Source: an uncultured Actinomycetota bacterium (GTDB lineage Bacteria > Actinomycetota > Actinomycetes > JAFAQI01). Taken from it: a DNA stretch of 64,000 nt. Position 1 is the stretch's first letter, and each line of letters starts with the position of its first letter. Below are positions 37,791 through 48,129 of this stretch, in pieces. A program made the translations under genes and the position numbers. The notes beneath the pieces were generated by a model, which saw only the letters and a program-made list of their open reading frames with translations, had not been told where the DNA came from and ran no database searches. The stretch is taken from contig CAVYQE010000002.1 in assembly GCA_963770565.1 (NCBI GenBank), positions 416,001 through 480,000 of the forward strand. The letters are read 5' to 3'.

Positions 37791-39383
37791 TTATGGTTGT
37801 CGCAGTTTGACAGCGGTGAGCTTGGCAAGTGCCGCCCAGTGCGATGGGTGTGGCCGGGAGTGACCGGCTCGTATGCGGCTCGCGGAGCCCTTGCTGAGAC
37901 CGGTAGCGGCGACTATTTCAGCGAGTTTCACGCTCGCGAGTCCTGCATGGATTTCCGGCCATGTTGCGGGGTCGAACGCTCCGTCGCCGCCACCGTGCTC
38001 CCACGCCTTCTGCGCTCGTTTGCTTGCCGCGATCGCTCGCCCTCGCACGCTCCGCACGTGCTCGGAGTGGGCTGGATCGTCGGCCCGGCAGGACGGGCAC
38101 CGCACGTGGCGGGGGTTGGACACAGGCGCTCCGCATCCCGGGCAGGCGTAGAGCTGGGCTGCAGGCGACGGCCGCGAACGACGCACATGAACCTGAGCTC
38201 CTTTCCTTGCTCGGCCGGCCTTGTGGGCGGACCGGCTCAACACCGTAGGCACCTGAAGCGGGTCGGGAGCGTCGGCGCCGAGGCGACGCGCGATCTCCTC
38301 GGCGATGGGACTGCACACAGCACGTAGGGCGGGGAGAAGCGCCTTGGCGTAGTCGTGTGTCAGGGGTGCCAGAAGACGTATCTCACCGTCGGGTTGTTCG
38401 GCGAAGTCGGCCTTCCGGAACCGTCGGTCGGTACTGAGCGTCCAGACGGTTTCTTCGACGATCGCGCGGAGCGGCTCCATCAGGTCGAGCGCGAACGCGG
38501 GCCGGTTCGTCCGGTCGGCGTGGGCGAGGCCCATGGCTGGGTCGAGCCCGAGCGCGAGGGAGGCGATGGTGGCTTCGATCTCGGCGAGCCGGTATCCGTA
38601 GTTGAGCAGGGAGCAGGCGGGGGTGGCAGCATGCCGGTTGCTAGGTGCCTCATTGAGCGGGCTGGTGCGGGCGCCAAAGGCGGTCCAGTGCCCCGGGATG
38701 CGGGCCTTGTCCTTGGGGAGGAAGCCGAGGCGTAGCTCGTCGGCCCAGGCGGTCCAGTAATGCTCGGCAGCGTGCATCTCGATCACCATGAGCGCGGCTT
38801 GATCGGTCGCTGTGTCGAGGCTTGCGCCGAGTTCGTCGATGGCGGCGGCGCGGTCCTCGCGGTTGATCAAGTCACGGGTGATCCGTGCCTGGTCGCCAAG
38901 CCGCCGGTGGAGAAGTGTCCGGGTGATTTGTAGCCCGGTGTCGGTGTATGCGGCGAGGGCTTGGGCGCGTCGAAGTGCGCCGTGCCCGTAAAGCTGGGGC
39001 GCGCCAATCAGCAGGGGGTTGGCGGTCGGTCCGGCGACGATGAGTGCGGTGCCGAGATTGGCGCACCAGCCAGCCGCGTCGGTGGTCACAGTCCCGTGGC
39101 CGAGGATCAGGACCCGACGCACACCCCCGGCGGCGGCTTGGGCGCGGGTGATCCAACGGGTGCGTCGGTATTCGCCGATCCCGTCGATGACCTCCAGTGC
39201 GCCTTGTTGGACGCGAACCATGACGCCGTATCCGTCTCCGATCATGACCTCGCCGATCGTGTCGTCGGTGAAAGTGCGATGGGTGTTCTCGCGTCCGTCC
39301 TCGACGTCGTCGGCGGTGATGGCCCGCGGGTCAGGCGATCTCGGCGCTGTTGGTTGTTGGTGGGTAGCGTTTCGGGTTGCCAT
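37791..39383 (-). CDS. cas1: Casposase: stand-alone Cas1 with C-terminal Zn finger and XRE-like HTH
   Basis: IEMHAAEHYW (E), LLNYGY, LGLDPAMGLAH (H), FALDLMEPLR (D/E); CPGC...CPSC; LAEIVAATGLSKGSASRIRAG; no cas2 or CRISPR array nearby. Confidence 0.93.
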   Translation of the reverse strand: MATRNATHQQPTAPRSPDPRAITADDVEDGRENTHRTFTDDTIGEVMIGDGYGVMVRVQQGALEVIDGIGEYRRTRWITRAQAAAGGVRRVLILGHGTVTTDAAGWCANLGTALIVAGPTANPLLIGAPQLYGHGALRRAQALAAYTDTGLQITRTLLHRRLGDQARITRDLINREDRAAAIDELGASLDTATDQAALMVIEMHAAEHYWTAWADELRLGFLPKDKARIPGHWTAFGARTSPLNEAPSNRHAATPACSLLNYGYRLAEIEATIASLALGLDPAMGLAHADRTNRPAFALDLMEPLRAIVEETVWTLSTDRRFRKADFAEQPDGEIRLLAPLTHDYAKALLPALRAVCSPIAEEIARRLGADAPDPLQVPTVLSRSAHKAGRARKGAQVHVRRSRPSPAAQLYACPGCGAPVSNPRHVRCPSCRADDPAHSEHVRSVRGRAIAASKRAQKAWEHGGGDGAFDPATWPEIHAGLASVKLAEIVAATGLSKGSASRIRAGHSRPHPSHWAALAKLTAVKLRQP

Positions 39384-39448
39384 GGGAGGTCCTTTCTCCT
39401 GTGGTCAGCCCCGGCGGTGTTAGCCCACCGTCGGGGCGCTTGTCGTTG

Positions 39449-40324
39449 CTAGTGGGTGCGAGCTCCGTTCTCGCGGTGCCGTTGGTTTGTCTTGGTGGCT
39501 TCGATGGCTGCCTGCATGGTGAGAGCTCCGACGATCGCGCCGACCATCGCCGTGATGTCCGAGGGTTCAATGGCGAGGGCGTTCACGGCTGCGGCTGTCA
39601 GGTCCCGAGCCTCGTCGAGTTCGGTGCGCGACGCTTTTCGCACCCAAGCAGCCGAGACGGCGGTACCGGTCTCCATAGGTCCGGCGGTCCCGTCGATCGG
39701 CGTCGCTGTGAGTGCCGCGAGGAATGACTCCGCGAGTTCCGCTTCGGTGGCATTCAGCTCTTCGTCGTCACCGGTGAGCGTTAGATGCACCTGCGCCAGA
39801 AGCGGCTTGAGCATGGGGGCAAGCTTTTCCGCTGCAGCCCGCAACGCGAAGTCGTCAGGGACGACCTCGCCCCGGACTTGTTTGAGGGCCGCTGCTGCAA
39901 GCACAGCGACGGTGTCGGGGTCGTCATCGAGGCCAAAGGGGAGTGGTTGCTCGTCGCGGCGACGGTGTGCCCGGTCCGGACCCCGGCCGGTGGATCCGGT
40001 TGCGGCGTAGTCCGTCTCGTTGATAACCGCTTCGAGCGCCGACCGCAGTCCCTCCTCACGCACCGCTGCGCCTCGCAGCCACGCGAGCACAGCGACCCGG
40101 TGGAGCTGGCGGACTTCAGTCGCTGCACGGCGGAGCGCGACCACGAGCTCGAACGTCCCCTTCGGGTACGCCGACGTCGTGACCCCGCGTCCCCGACGGG
40201 TGACCACCGAGGAGGGAATGAGCTTCTGCTCGCGCAGGTGCTGGACCTGACTGGCGGTCGCCGGCCAGCCAGCGGCGGTCGTCTGGGCGGCAAGGTCGAG
40301 GTCCGCGCGGCTGGGAAGTCCCAC
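39449..40324 (-). CDS. Hypothetical protein, possible N-terminal HTH
   Basis: 291-aa ORF co-directional with cas1; 'ASQVQHLREQKLIP...RGRGV.SAYP' resembles a MerR-like HTH-wing. Confidence 0.55.
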   Translation of the reverse strand: MGLPSRADLDLAAQTTAAGWPATASQVQHLREQKLIPSSVVTRRGRGVTTSAYPKGTFELVVALRRAATEVRQLHRVAVLAWLRGAAVREEGLRSALEAVINETDYAATGSTGRGPDRAHRRRDEQPLPFGLDDDPDTVAVLAAAALKQVRGEVVPDDFALRAAAEKLAPMLKPLLAQVHLTLTGDDEELNATEAELAESFLAALTATPIDGTAGPMETGTAVSAAWVRKASRTELDEARDLTAAAVNALAIEPSDITAMVGAIVGALTMQAAIEATKTNQRHRENGARTH

Positions 40325-40337
40325 GCCACCACTTTAC

Positions 40338-40423
40338 GCGGCACCACGATGCGACCTACTAGCGGCACCACGAAAAGGGCGGCTGCATCGGCGCTGATCG
40401 GAAGCGGCACCATGAAAGGGGCG
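40338..40423 (+). repeat. Three direct repeats in the divergent control region
   Basis: GCGGCACCA(C/T)GA at 40338, 40362, 40404; copies 2 and 3 share 19 of 21 bp. Confidence 0.7.
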
Positions 40424-40448
40424 CCGAAGGCTTTCGCGCTGTATCCCG

Positions 40449-40673
40449 ATGGGCCATCGTGGGTTGGTGACGACGAGCACTGTGGTGGTGGCACTGCCGC
40501 CCGATTTGGTGGCCGCGGTGGACGCGGAGGCCCGTCGTCGGTTGCTGCGTCGTGGTGAGGTCTTGGCCGCCTTCCTCCGGGACGCCTGGCCGAGTTGGGT
40601 GCAGACCCAGCTTGAACGCGACCTCGCCAGAACACCGAACGCCAATCCAGCCGTCGACGAGACGGCGGACTGA
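40449..40673 (+). CDS. Ribbon-helix-helix (CopG-like) DNA-binding protein
   Basis: TVVVALPPDLVAAVDAEARRRLLRRGEVL beta-alpha-alpha pattern; first gene of the polB operon. Confidence 0.6.
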   Translation: MGHRGLVTTSTVVVALPPDLVAAVDAEARRRLLRRGEVLAAFLRDAWPSWVQTQLERDLARTPNANPAVDETAD

Positions 40674-40674
40674 G

Positions 40675-41193
40675 ATGCCGCGCCGAAAAACCCCCGGACC
40701 GTCGCCGCTGCGTGGTCGTACCACCTCGGCCGAGCGGGCAGCCAGGACGGCGCGGGAGCAAGCGAAGGCGCAGGCGGCAGGCTTCGGCTCAGCGTATGAG
40801 CAACGACTGGCCCGGGGTCGTGAGCGCGGATTGTCGCGATCGGTGGCGGGTGGGAAGCCGACGCCGCGTGAGGTGCCGCTGTCGAGTCAGCACCTGACCT
40901 TCTACTCAGTCCCGGTGCGCATCGGGTCGGGCACGGTGCTGGTGGATATCGAGACCCGGAACTTGCGTGGGGGGAGTGTGCTCGGCGCCTACCTGGCCGA
41001 CATCGGAGCGTTGCTGCGCGGGCGGCTGACCGCAGCGGAGTTCGAGGCACGGTGGCAGCGGCGGACGGTGGCCGGGCATCGGTTGGAGTCGCGGGCGGCG
41101 TTCGTGGTCGAGGCGATGCGCTCACGTGGCCCGCAGCCGGGTGAGCCGCGGTACCGCCGGGTGGCGGCCGGCGCCGGGGGTGGTTCCCGGTGA
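40675..41193 (+). CDS. Basic hypothetical protein of the polB operon
   Basis: Starts 1 nt after the RHH stop, GTGA overlap with the next gene; 'SAYEQRLARGRERGLSRS'. Confidence 0.6.
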   Translation: MPRRKTPGPSPLRGRTTSAERAARTAREQAKAQAAGFGSAYEQRLARGRERGLSRSVAGGKPTPREVPLSSQHLTFYSVPVRIGSGTVLVDIETRNLRGGSVLGAYLADIGALLRGRLTAAEFEARWQRRTVAGHRLESRAAFVVEAMRSRGPQPGEPRYRRVAAGAGGGSR

Positions 41194-41522
41194 TCGGCCG
41201 GTGCTCGCGTTGCGGCGTAATCGGTCCGATCGATCGGGATCACCCGTCGGGCCGGGACCACGACATTCCGTTGCACCCGGACTGGACGCTCCCGTTGTGC
41301 CGGGCGTGCTGTCACAAGCTGACGGGCCGGCTAGACCGCGGCGCGGGTGTGGAGGGCGGCGCACCGACAGTGCGACTGGTCGCGAGCCGGGTCGCTTCCC
41401 GGCTTGGCTGCTACGCGCTGACCGATGAACCGCTGGTGCTGGACCCGCAAGTGATCGCGACGTTCGCTCGTCTGGTCGCGGACGTGGCCCGGCGGGTGCC
41501 TGCGGACCTGGCGTGGGACTAG
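41190..41522 (+). CDS. HNH-like zinc-binding endonuclease
   Basis: CSRCG...DRDHPSG...TLPLCRACCHK (CxxC...DH...LCxxC-H). Confidence 0.65.
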   Translation: MIGRCSRCGVIGPIDRDHPSGRDHDIPLHPDWTLPLCRACCHKLTGRLDRGAGVEGGAPTVRLVASRVASRLGCYALTDEPLVLDPQVIATFARLVADVARRVPADLAWD

Positions 41523-41524
41523 CG

Positions 41525-44443
41525 GTGAGCGAGCTGTACCGGTTGCGGGTGCGCGGGCATGTCGATGCGTGCCCGAGACCGGCCGTCCGCGGGGAGCCGT
41601 GGGGGTGGGTGCGGGACACGCCGTGGCTGTTGCTGCATGTCCTCGCCGACGGGCGGGACCGTCCGCTGCTCGCGACCGCGCGCGACCTGCACGCGATCGT
41701 GTCTGAGAGCGGGGCGGGACGCGGGGTCGTTTGGTGTGCACGGCCGAGGACATCTACGCCACTGCGGACCGTCTCGACGGGCTGCGCGAGGCACTGCGGG
41801 GTGTGCTCCCGGATGTGCCTGCGGGCTTCGACGTCGAGGATCTGCGGGTCGAACCGTTGGCCCGGGTCGGGAAGCTGATCCGTGACTGTTCCTACCGGAA
41901 CCGGTGGCCGGTGATCGGCTGGGATCTGCCCTGGTTGTTCGGTCGGTGGGCTGAGCACGCCGGAAACGCCCAGGCCCGCGGCCGGGGTGGGTTCAGCCTG
42001 GTCCTGGCCGGGCTCGGCCGGTTCACTGACGGGACGTTCGTGGACGGCGTGGGAGGACAGCCCGGCGCTGCAGGTCATCCCCCGTCCGGGCGGGGACACC
42101 GGCGGGTTCTATCGGTGGGCGAACCCGAAGACCGACCGTTACCGCGGCAAGCACCCGGCCCGGTTCGTTGACCTGCGGGTCCTCGCGGGTGCGCTCGGCG
42201 GCGGGCAGGTTGAGACCCCGGCCGACGCCGCCCGCCTGTTCGACCTGACCTGGCCGGAGCCGTCCGACGACCCGGTGGCGCGGCTCCGCGCGGAAGCGGC
42301 CGCCTTAGGTGAGTTGGCGACCGCGTTGTTCCGTGCGATCGTCGCGGCGGCGCCTGGGTTGGACCCGGCCGCAGTCCAAAGCTTCGGCACCGATCGCCAC
42401 CCACCTGCTCGCAGAAGCGGGTGTCAGGCCACCGTTGGGCAAGACCCGCCGGCTGCCCCCGAATGATCTGGGCGATGCGGCGTCGGCGACGTTCGGTGGC
42501 CGGTTCGACGCTGCACTGGTTGGTGTCGCGCTCCCCGCGGTCCTGGTCGATATCAGCAAGACTTACGCGTCGCTGTTCGCGCTGCTCGGTCTGGACGGCG
42601 TGTACGGGTGTCGGGAGTTCCGCAGCGAACCCCGCGACCCGACCCTGATCGCGTCGCTGCTCACCGACCCGGCCGCGATCTGGCAAGCGGAGACCTGGGC
42701 CGAGCTGGGGTTGACGTTCGTCACGTTGCATCCGACCGGCCAACCATTGCCGTGCTCGGTGGAGCTTGCTCCGGGCCGGTGGCGGAGCATGGTCGCGCCG
42801 CTCGACCTGTCCGGCGGGAGTGCGACCTACCACTGGGCTGAGGTGCTCGCCGCGGTCGTGGCGGGCGCGGATCCCGCGAGCATTCAGATCGACCGGGTGT
42901 TCTCGATCCGGCCGGTCGGCACCCAACCCGACCTGACCCCGGTCCGGCTGGTCACCGGCCGCACCGTCGACCTCACCAGTGGCGAGCTCGGTGCGGCGCT
43001 GGTCACCGAAGCCACCCGCAGCGACCTCCCGCGGTGGCAGCGCAACCTGGCGCGGGCCACCGCGCAAGCCATCAGCTACGGGGTGCTGCTGCGGCACGAC
43101 CCGATCCCACGATCCGGCGAGACCAGCGCGGTCGGACCGGGCGGGCATCGGGTCACCGTCCGAGCCGCCAGGCCGGAGCGACCGGGACCGTTCACGTTCC
43201 TTCCCGCCGGTGCCGCGGTGTGCGCCGCCACCCGGCTGATCATCGCCTTGCTCACCGCCGAGCTACGAGCAGCCGGCAGCGCGGCGATGGCGATCCACGC
43301 CGACAGCGTCACGATCCCCTGCACCCCGACCGGCGAGAGTTTCCCGGTCGACGGCGCATCCGACGGACGCCTCCGCACCCTCACCCCCGGCCAGCTCGAC
43401 CAGCTGCTCGACGGGTTCGCGCCGCTCGGGATCACCTTCCGCACCGAGGTCGCCAACCCCGACGGTCGCACCCACGGGCTCGTGGTCGGGGTCAACAAGA
43501 CCGTCTTCGCCCAGCACCGCGCCGACCGGTCATGGCAGGTCGTGCGCAGCAGCGACACCGGGCTCGGGGGGAGCCTCGCCGACCCGTCCGACACCCCGGG
43601 CACCCGGACCCCGGACGGTCGGTGGCAATGGAGCGCCACCCTCGAAACCACGATGTTCCCCCGGGACGAGCCGGCTCCGCTGCCCGGATGGGTGGACCGG
43701 CCGGTGGTGCGCCGCTACACCGCCAACACCCCCGCCGTGCTGGCGCAGCTGAGGGACGAGCTCGCCGACCCGACCGTGATGCCGTTCGCCCGGTACCTGC
43801 GCGCCGAACCGCTGGTCGGCACCGGCGGGCCGGTCGCGCTCGGCCCCTGGCCCGACCCGGCCCGCTGGGCCGAGGCCGGCTGGCGGTTGCACGGCAAACC
43901 GGTCACCGACCCAGCCGGGTCCTGCCGGGCCCACCCGGCAGGGCTCGCCTACACCCTGACTCGGACGGTCAGCGACTACTTCACGGCGTGGGCCACACCG
44001 AACGATCCGAGCACCACCGGACCGGAGCGCGGCCTTCGCGACCCGGTCCCGATCCGATCCGCTCTTGGGCTGACCGTGGTCGTCGGCCGGGACTCCGCCG
44101 ACCTGCCGGACACCGAGCCCGACCCGGCGATGCCCAACCCCACCAGCCGCCTGGTGTACGGGCACACCGCCCAAGCCGAACTCCGGAACCGCATCCGCGA
44201 CATCGGGCCGCGCCGATTCAGTCAACAGTCCGGGATCGCGTGGTCGACCGTGTCGCAGTACGTCAACGACCGGCCCGGCAGCCCGCAGCTCACTCAACGG
44301 ATCGCGATCGCGCTCGCCCGTTACACCCCCACGCCACGCGCGACCCGCCTCGTGCCGTGCGGGCACTGCAACAAGCCACCAGCCGCCGAAGGTGGTGCTC
44401 GGACCGGTGCCGGATGGCCGCGACCCGAGCCGGTGCCGCGTGA
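41525..44443 (+). pseudogene. Divergent family B DNA polymerase with C-terminal HTH and Zn finger; about 4 frameshifts as assembled
   Basis: Stitching ORFs 41513/41731/41987/42309/43034 gives IGWDLPWLFGRW (ExoII-like), FVDLRVLA, ATFGGRFD, VDISKTYAS (motif A), RATAQAISYG (motif B), IHADS (motif C), VNKTVF, then HTH and CGHC...WCSDRC. Confidence 0.78.
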
Positions 44444-44892
44444 CCCGATCCCCCCGATCCCCGGCGCCACGGGTGTACGTGGCGCACCCGCTCAGCAGCT
44501 ACTCGACCCCGCACGCCACCACGACCCTGGCCGCGCTCCGCGTTGTGTTGCCGGGCGCAGAGATGGTCGACCCGGAGCACTGCGGTTGGGACGGCAACGA
44601 CGACTGGCGGCACGGCTGGCCAGACCTGCTCGGCACATTGACCGGGCTGGTCGTGTTCGCCGCGACCGACGGCACGATCGGGACCGGATGCCTCAACGAG
44701 ATCACCGACGCGATCACCGTCGGCCTTCCGGTCGCCGCCTACGACAAGCAGCTCGGGCTCGTCGAGCTCGCCGGATCCGCGCTCGTCCCCGCCGGTCAGC
44801 GCGACCCAGCCCGGGTGGCGTGGCTGGCATACGGGCCCCCGTTCGACCCGACAGCCTTCACGCGACGGGCCTGTTTGCGGGTGGCGCGGTGA
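44440..44892 (+). CDS. Nucleoside 2-deoxyribosyltransferase/N-hydrolase-like (NDT/DUF4406-type fold) protein
   Basis: RVYVAHPL ... IGTGCLNEITDAITVGLPV; GTGA overlap with the polB stop. Confidence 0.6.
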   Translation: MTRSPRSPAPRVYVAHPLSSYSTPHATTTLAALRVVLPGAEMVDPEHCGWDGNDDWRHGWPDLLGTLTGLVVFAATDGTIGTGCLNEITDAITVGLPVAAYDKQLGLVELAGSALVPAGQRDPARVAWLAYGPPFDPTAFTRRACLRVAR

Positions 44893-45455
44893 AGCGACCG
44901 GGGCGGCGGCTGCCCGCCACGGCGGCTCGCGACCCTGGCCGGACGGTGACGCCCCCCGGAATACTCGCCGCATTCGCCCCCCTCGCGGAGGCGGCACCGG
45001 GGCGGGTTCTCGACCGGGGCGCAAGAACGGCTAAGGGGCGACACCCCCAAAGGTGCCACAGAACTACGGGCACCGAATAGGAGCGGCATCGGGGGCAGAA
45101 CTGCGGCCCCGGGGCCTGCCCGAACGCCCGCGGAGAAGCCCCCGGAAACAATCCGTTGATCCGGTGTTGCGCCCCGTATGAGGCGGAAGGGACCCCGAAT
45201 TCGGCCCCCGCCCACTTATGCGCCCCGGGGCGTGAAACGGGGCGCCCCCTAATCCATACGGGGCAGAACACACCGCACCCCATCGACGAAGCACGAGTGC
45301 ACGAAGGAAGCGCCCCGGCGGCGGGGGTCGAGGCACGAGGGGGACGCAACCGGTCACCGCACGCCGCACCCTCTATAAATCCGCGGTAAACCCGCTGGCC
45401 ATCCAGGGCACCTGATTTGGCTGCAGGGTCGCGGTGGCCCCGTTAACCTCCGGCC

Positions 45456-45911
45456 ATGCGACGCGCCACGCTAAACCTCCCGGTCCTGCTGGTAATGGCG
45501 TTCGCTCTCACCGCTGCCGGCTGTAGCGCCGGCACCCCAAAGCCCGCGCCCACCGTAACGCGAACCGTGACTACAAAACCGGTGACAACCAGCGGGGACG
45601 CCGGGACTCTCCAACCAGAGTCCTGCCAACGCGTCTCCAGCGGCGCAGACGGCAACGTTTCCCCGGTGTTATGCCCGGACGGGCACCCCAACGCCTACGC
45701 CATGCCCACCCTGGAATCCACCGCATCAGCGATGTTCTCCCTCGGGGAGTTCGCTACCACTGGCCAGATCGAAAACGCGGCCTGCCGCGACCTCCCCCAC
45801 TCCACCAACCCGATCGAGCAAAGCGCATACCAGTTCATGCAAGCCCTCAACGGATGGCAGTTCGGAATCGACCCCACCGACAACGGACTGTTCTCATACT
45901 GCCAACCATGA
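45456..45911 (+). CDS. Secreted lipoprotein (cargo)
   Basis: Signal peptide, AAGC lipobox, Thr-rich linker, Cys-containing domain. Confidence 0.6.
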   Translation: MRRATLNLPVLLVMAFALTAAGCSAGTPKPAPTVTRTVTTKPVTTSGDAGTLQPESCQRVSSGADGNVSPVLCPDGHPNAYAMPTLESTASAMFSLGEFATTGQIENAACRDLPHSTNPIEQSAYQFMQALNGWQFGIDPTDNGLFSYCQP

Positions 45912-46677
45912 AGCGTGCTGCCCCATCGCTGTCAGCGTGCTGGAACGGCACGTATGGATCACCTACACCACGCGAGGGCGTGCCCACGACGAAACGCTCG
46001 TGCTCCTACGGCGGCGGGGCCACATTTAGGCGCGCAGTCGCGAGCTGTCGCCATAGCCGCCAACGCAGGGCACGTTCTTCGGGCGCGCGTTGTCGCACAG
46101 TTCGACGTAGTTCATGAGGATCATTCGGACAGACGGCGGCGATACAGGCAGCCAGCCATTGGACTGGAGTCACTCACGTAGAGCACATTAAGCGGCCTTG
46201 ACGGCCAGCGTGAAGTATGTAGAGGACAGCTCGACCAAGTGAGCGACGCGCACGACGAGGACAACTTGCGCGTGGAGTTGCACTGTCGCCGGTAACCGGC
46301 ATTGCGACGCGATGGACTGAGAAGTCGCTGCGGTCGCAGTCTCGGCACGGCCCAGGATCCGAGTTCGACGGCAAGCAGGCAATGCAGGGCGTCGCGGCAC
46401 CTAAGGGAACTTCACAGAAGTCGAGTGACGACTGGGCGACGACGCTGCACCACTACAGCGCGGCGACGAGAAGCGTGAGCGAAAGGACCGGCCAAGACGC
46501 GCACTCAGATGCCCGTCAGACGGCGCGCGCAGTTCAGCATCGCGTTCCACAGGGACTTGATGATGACCAGGTGCCTCCGGGCCAACACAAGTAGAAGGTA
46601 ACGCCGGCTAGGTCCGGGTTGGGTGGGGATCTTCAGGGTGCCGGGAGACAGGCTTCCGGCCTGATCTGGAAGGGTCC

Positions 46678-47590
46678 GTGATGACCATGACCGAGCTGTC
46701 TTTGACGACGAGCGACGCGACGCGATTGGCGATGGCGGCGTTCCTGGCCCGCTACCGCGAACCGACCCTCACCGCTTACACGCAAGACCTCGGTCCTACT
46801 CGGCCTGGTGCACCAGCAGTACAACCGGCGAGGTGCTCCATGTCACCCGCGGCCGAGCTTGAGATGTACGTCCGGCAGATGGAGAGCCCGCGGGTACGCC
46901 GCCGCGACGATCGCTCGCCGCTTCGGCACCGTCGCCACCTTCTATAAGTACGCGGTCATCGACGGGCTCATCACGGCCAACCCGGCGGACGCCGTCACGC
47001 GCCCGAAGGATGGCATGGGAGGGGCAGAGGCGCACCGTGCTGCACCCGCTGGAGTTCGCGGCACTGCTGTCCGCTGCCCGCACGTCCAGCCCGAACGACC
47101 ACGCGCTTGTCTGTCTGCTCGGCATGCTTGGTCTGCGCGTCTCCGAAGCGTGCAACGCCGACATCACCGACATCCGGTACGAGTCCGGCTACGAGCTGCT
47201 GCACGTCATCGGCAAGGGCGCCAAGCCGGCCGACATCCCGCTGCCGATCCCGGTTCTGAGAGCGGTGCGGGAGGCGATCGATGGACGCGACGAGCGGACC
47301 GATCCTGCAGCACCCGGACCGGGCGGCGGATGGACCGGCCGGCGCCAGCAGGGCGCTCGTCCGGGTGGCCCGCGCCGCAGGCGATCAGCCACCAGATAAG
47401 CCCGCACGGCCTGCGGCGGACCTTCTGCACCACTGGCCTTGTCGCTGGCATCGCGATCAGAGACATGCAGTACGCGATGCGGCACGCGGACCCGCGTACG
47501 ACCCTGCGGTACGACATGGCCAAGGCCAACCTCGACCGCCACGCGGCGCATGCCGTCGCCGCCTACCTGGCCGGCATGAGCACCGGCTGA
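46678..47590 (+). pseudogene. Tyrosine recombinase/integrase (XerC/D-like), multiple frameshifts
   Basis: GLRVSEA (R), GKG (K), HGLRRT (H-x-x-R), HADPRTTLRY (H...Y) spread over several frames. Confidence 0.88.
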
Positions 47591-47660
47591 GCCCGGACCT
47601 AGCCGGCGTTCTGTCCGCGCCGCTGGGGAACGATTGACCGGCACGGGGCGTCGTATCACC

Positions 47661-48080
47661 ATGAAGACCATGCGAGTGAGGGTTGGATGGGCCGCGTCCG
47701 CCACAGCGGCGGCCGCGCTGGTCGCTGGTTGCACTCACGCAGCCGCGCCCGCTTCGAGCCCTGTCGCCGAACCAACCAGCCCTGCGCTCGGCACTGTCGT
47801 TGGTAGTTTCAGAGCGGGAGCCGGGCCGGATGGTGGCTCGGGCGGCCCGCTACCGGGCGTGGTTACGGTCAGGCTGCACACGATTGGCGGGCGCGTCGTC
47901 GCCTCCGCACACGCCGACACGACCGGCAGGTTCCACTTCGCGCTCCGACCCGGTCGCTACGCATCGAGCGCGATCGCGCTCAAGAAGTTGCCGTGTCATG
48001 TTGGGCCCACGCCTCCCCAGCGTGTCAACGTGGTGGCGGGTCACGTCGCGCGAGTCGTCCTGATCTGCCCCGTTGGGTAG
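47661..48080 (+). CDS. Secreted lipoprotein with carboxypeptidase-regulatory/prealbumin-like domain
   Basis: VAGC lipobox; ADTTGRFHFALRPGRY. Confidence 0.6.
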   Translation: MKTMRVRVGWAASATAAAALVAGCTHAAAPASSPVAEPTSPALGTVVGSFRAGAGPDGGSGGPLPGVVTVRLHTIGGRVVASAHADTTGRFHFALRPGRYASSAIALKKLPCHVGPTPPQRVNVVAGHVARVVLICPVG

Positions 48081-48129
48081 GCACGCCGAAGCGCCGATAC
48101 ATAGCACTCGAACTCGCGGTATGGATCGC

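Noticed and set aside
37791-39383. CRISPR-Cas locus
   Set aside because: No repeat-spacer array, cas2 or effector genes seen anywhere in the window; cas1 is solo and lies inside TIRs
42309-45080. 923-aa ORF taken as a single real protein
   Set aside because: The N-terminus lies in other frames upstream, and after about 44385 it reads as out-of-frame Arg/Pro-rich text across the Zn finger and NDT-like gene; better explained as a frameshifted polB ending at 44443
45915-46670. Short ORFs between the lipoprotein and the integrase
   Set aside because: No recognisable motif, RBS or consistent frame; left unannotated
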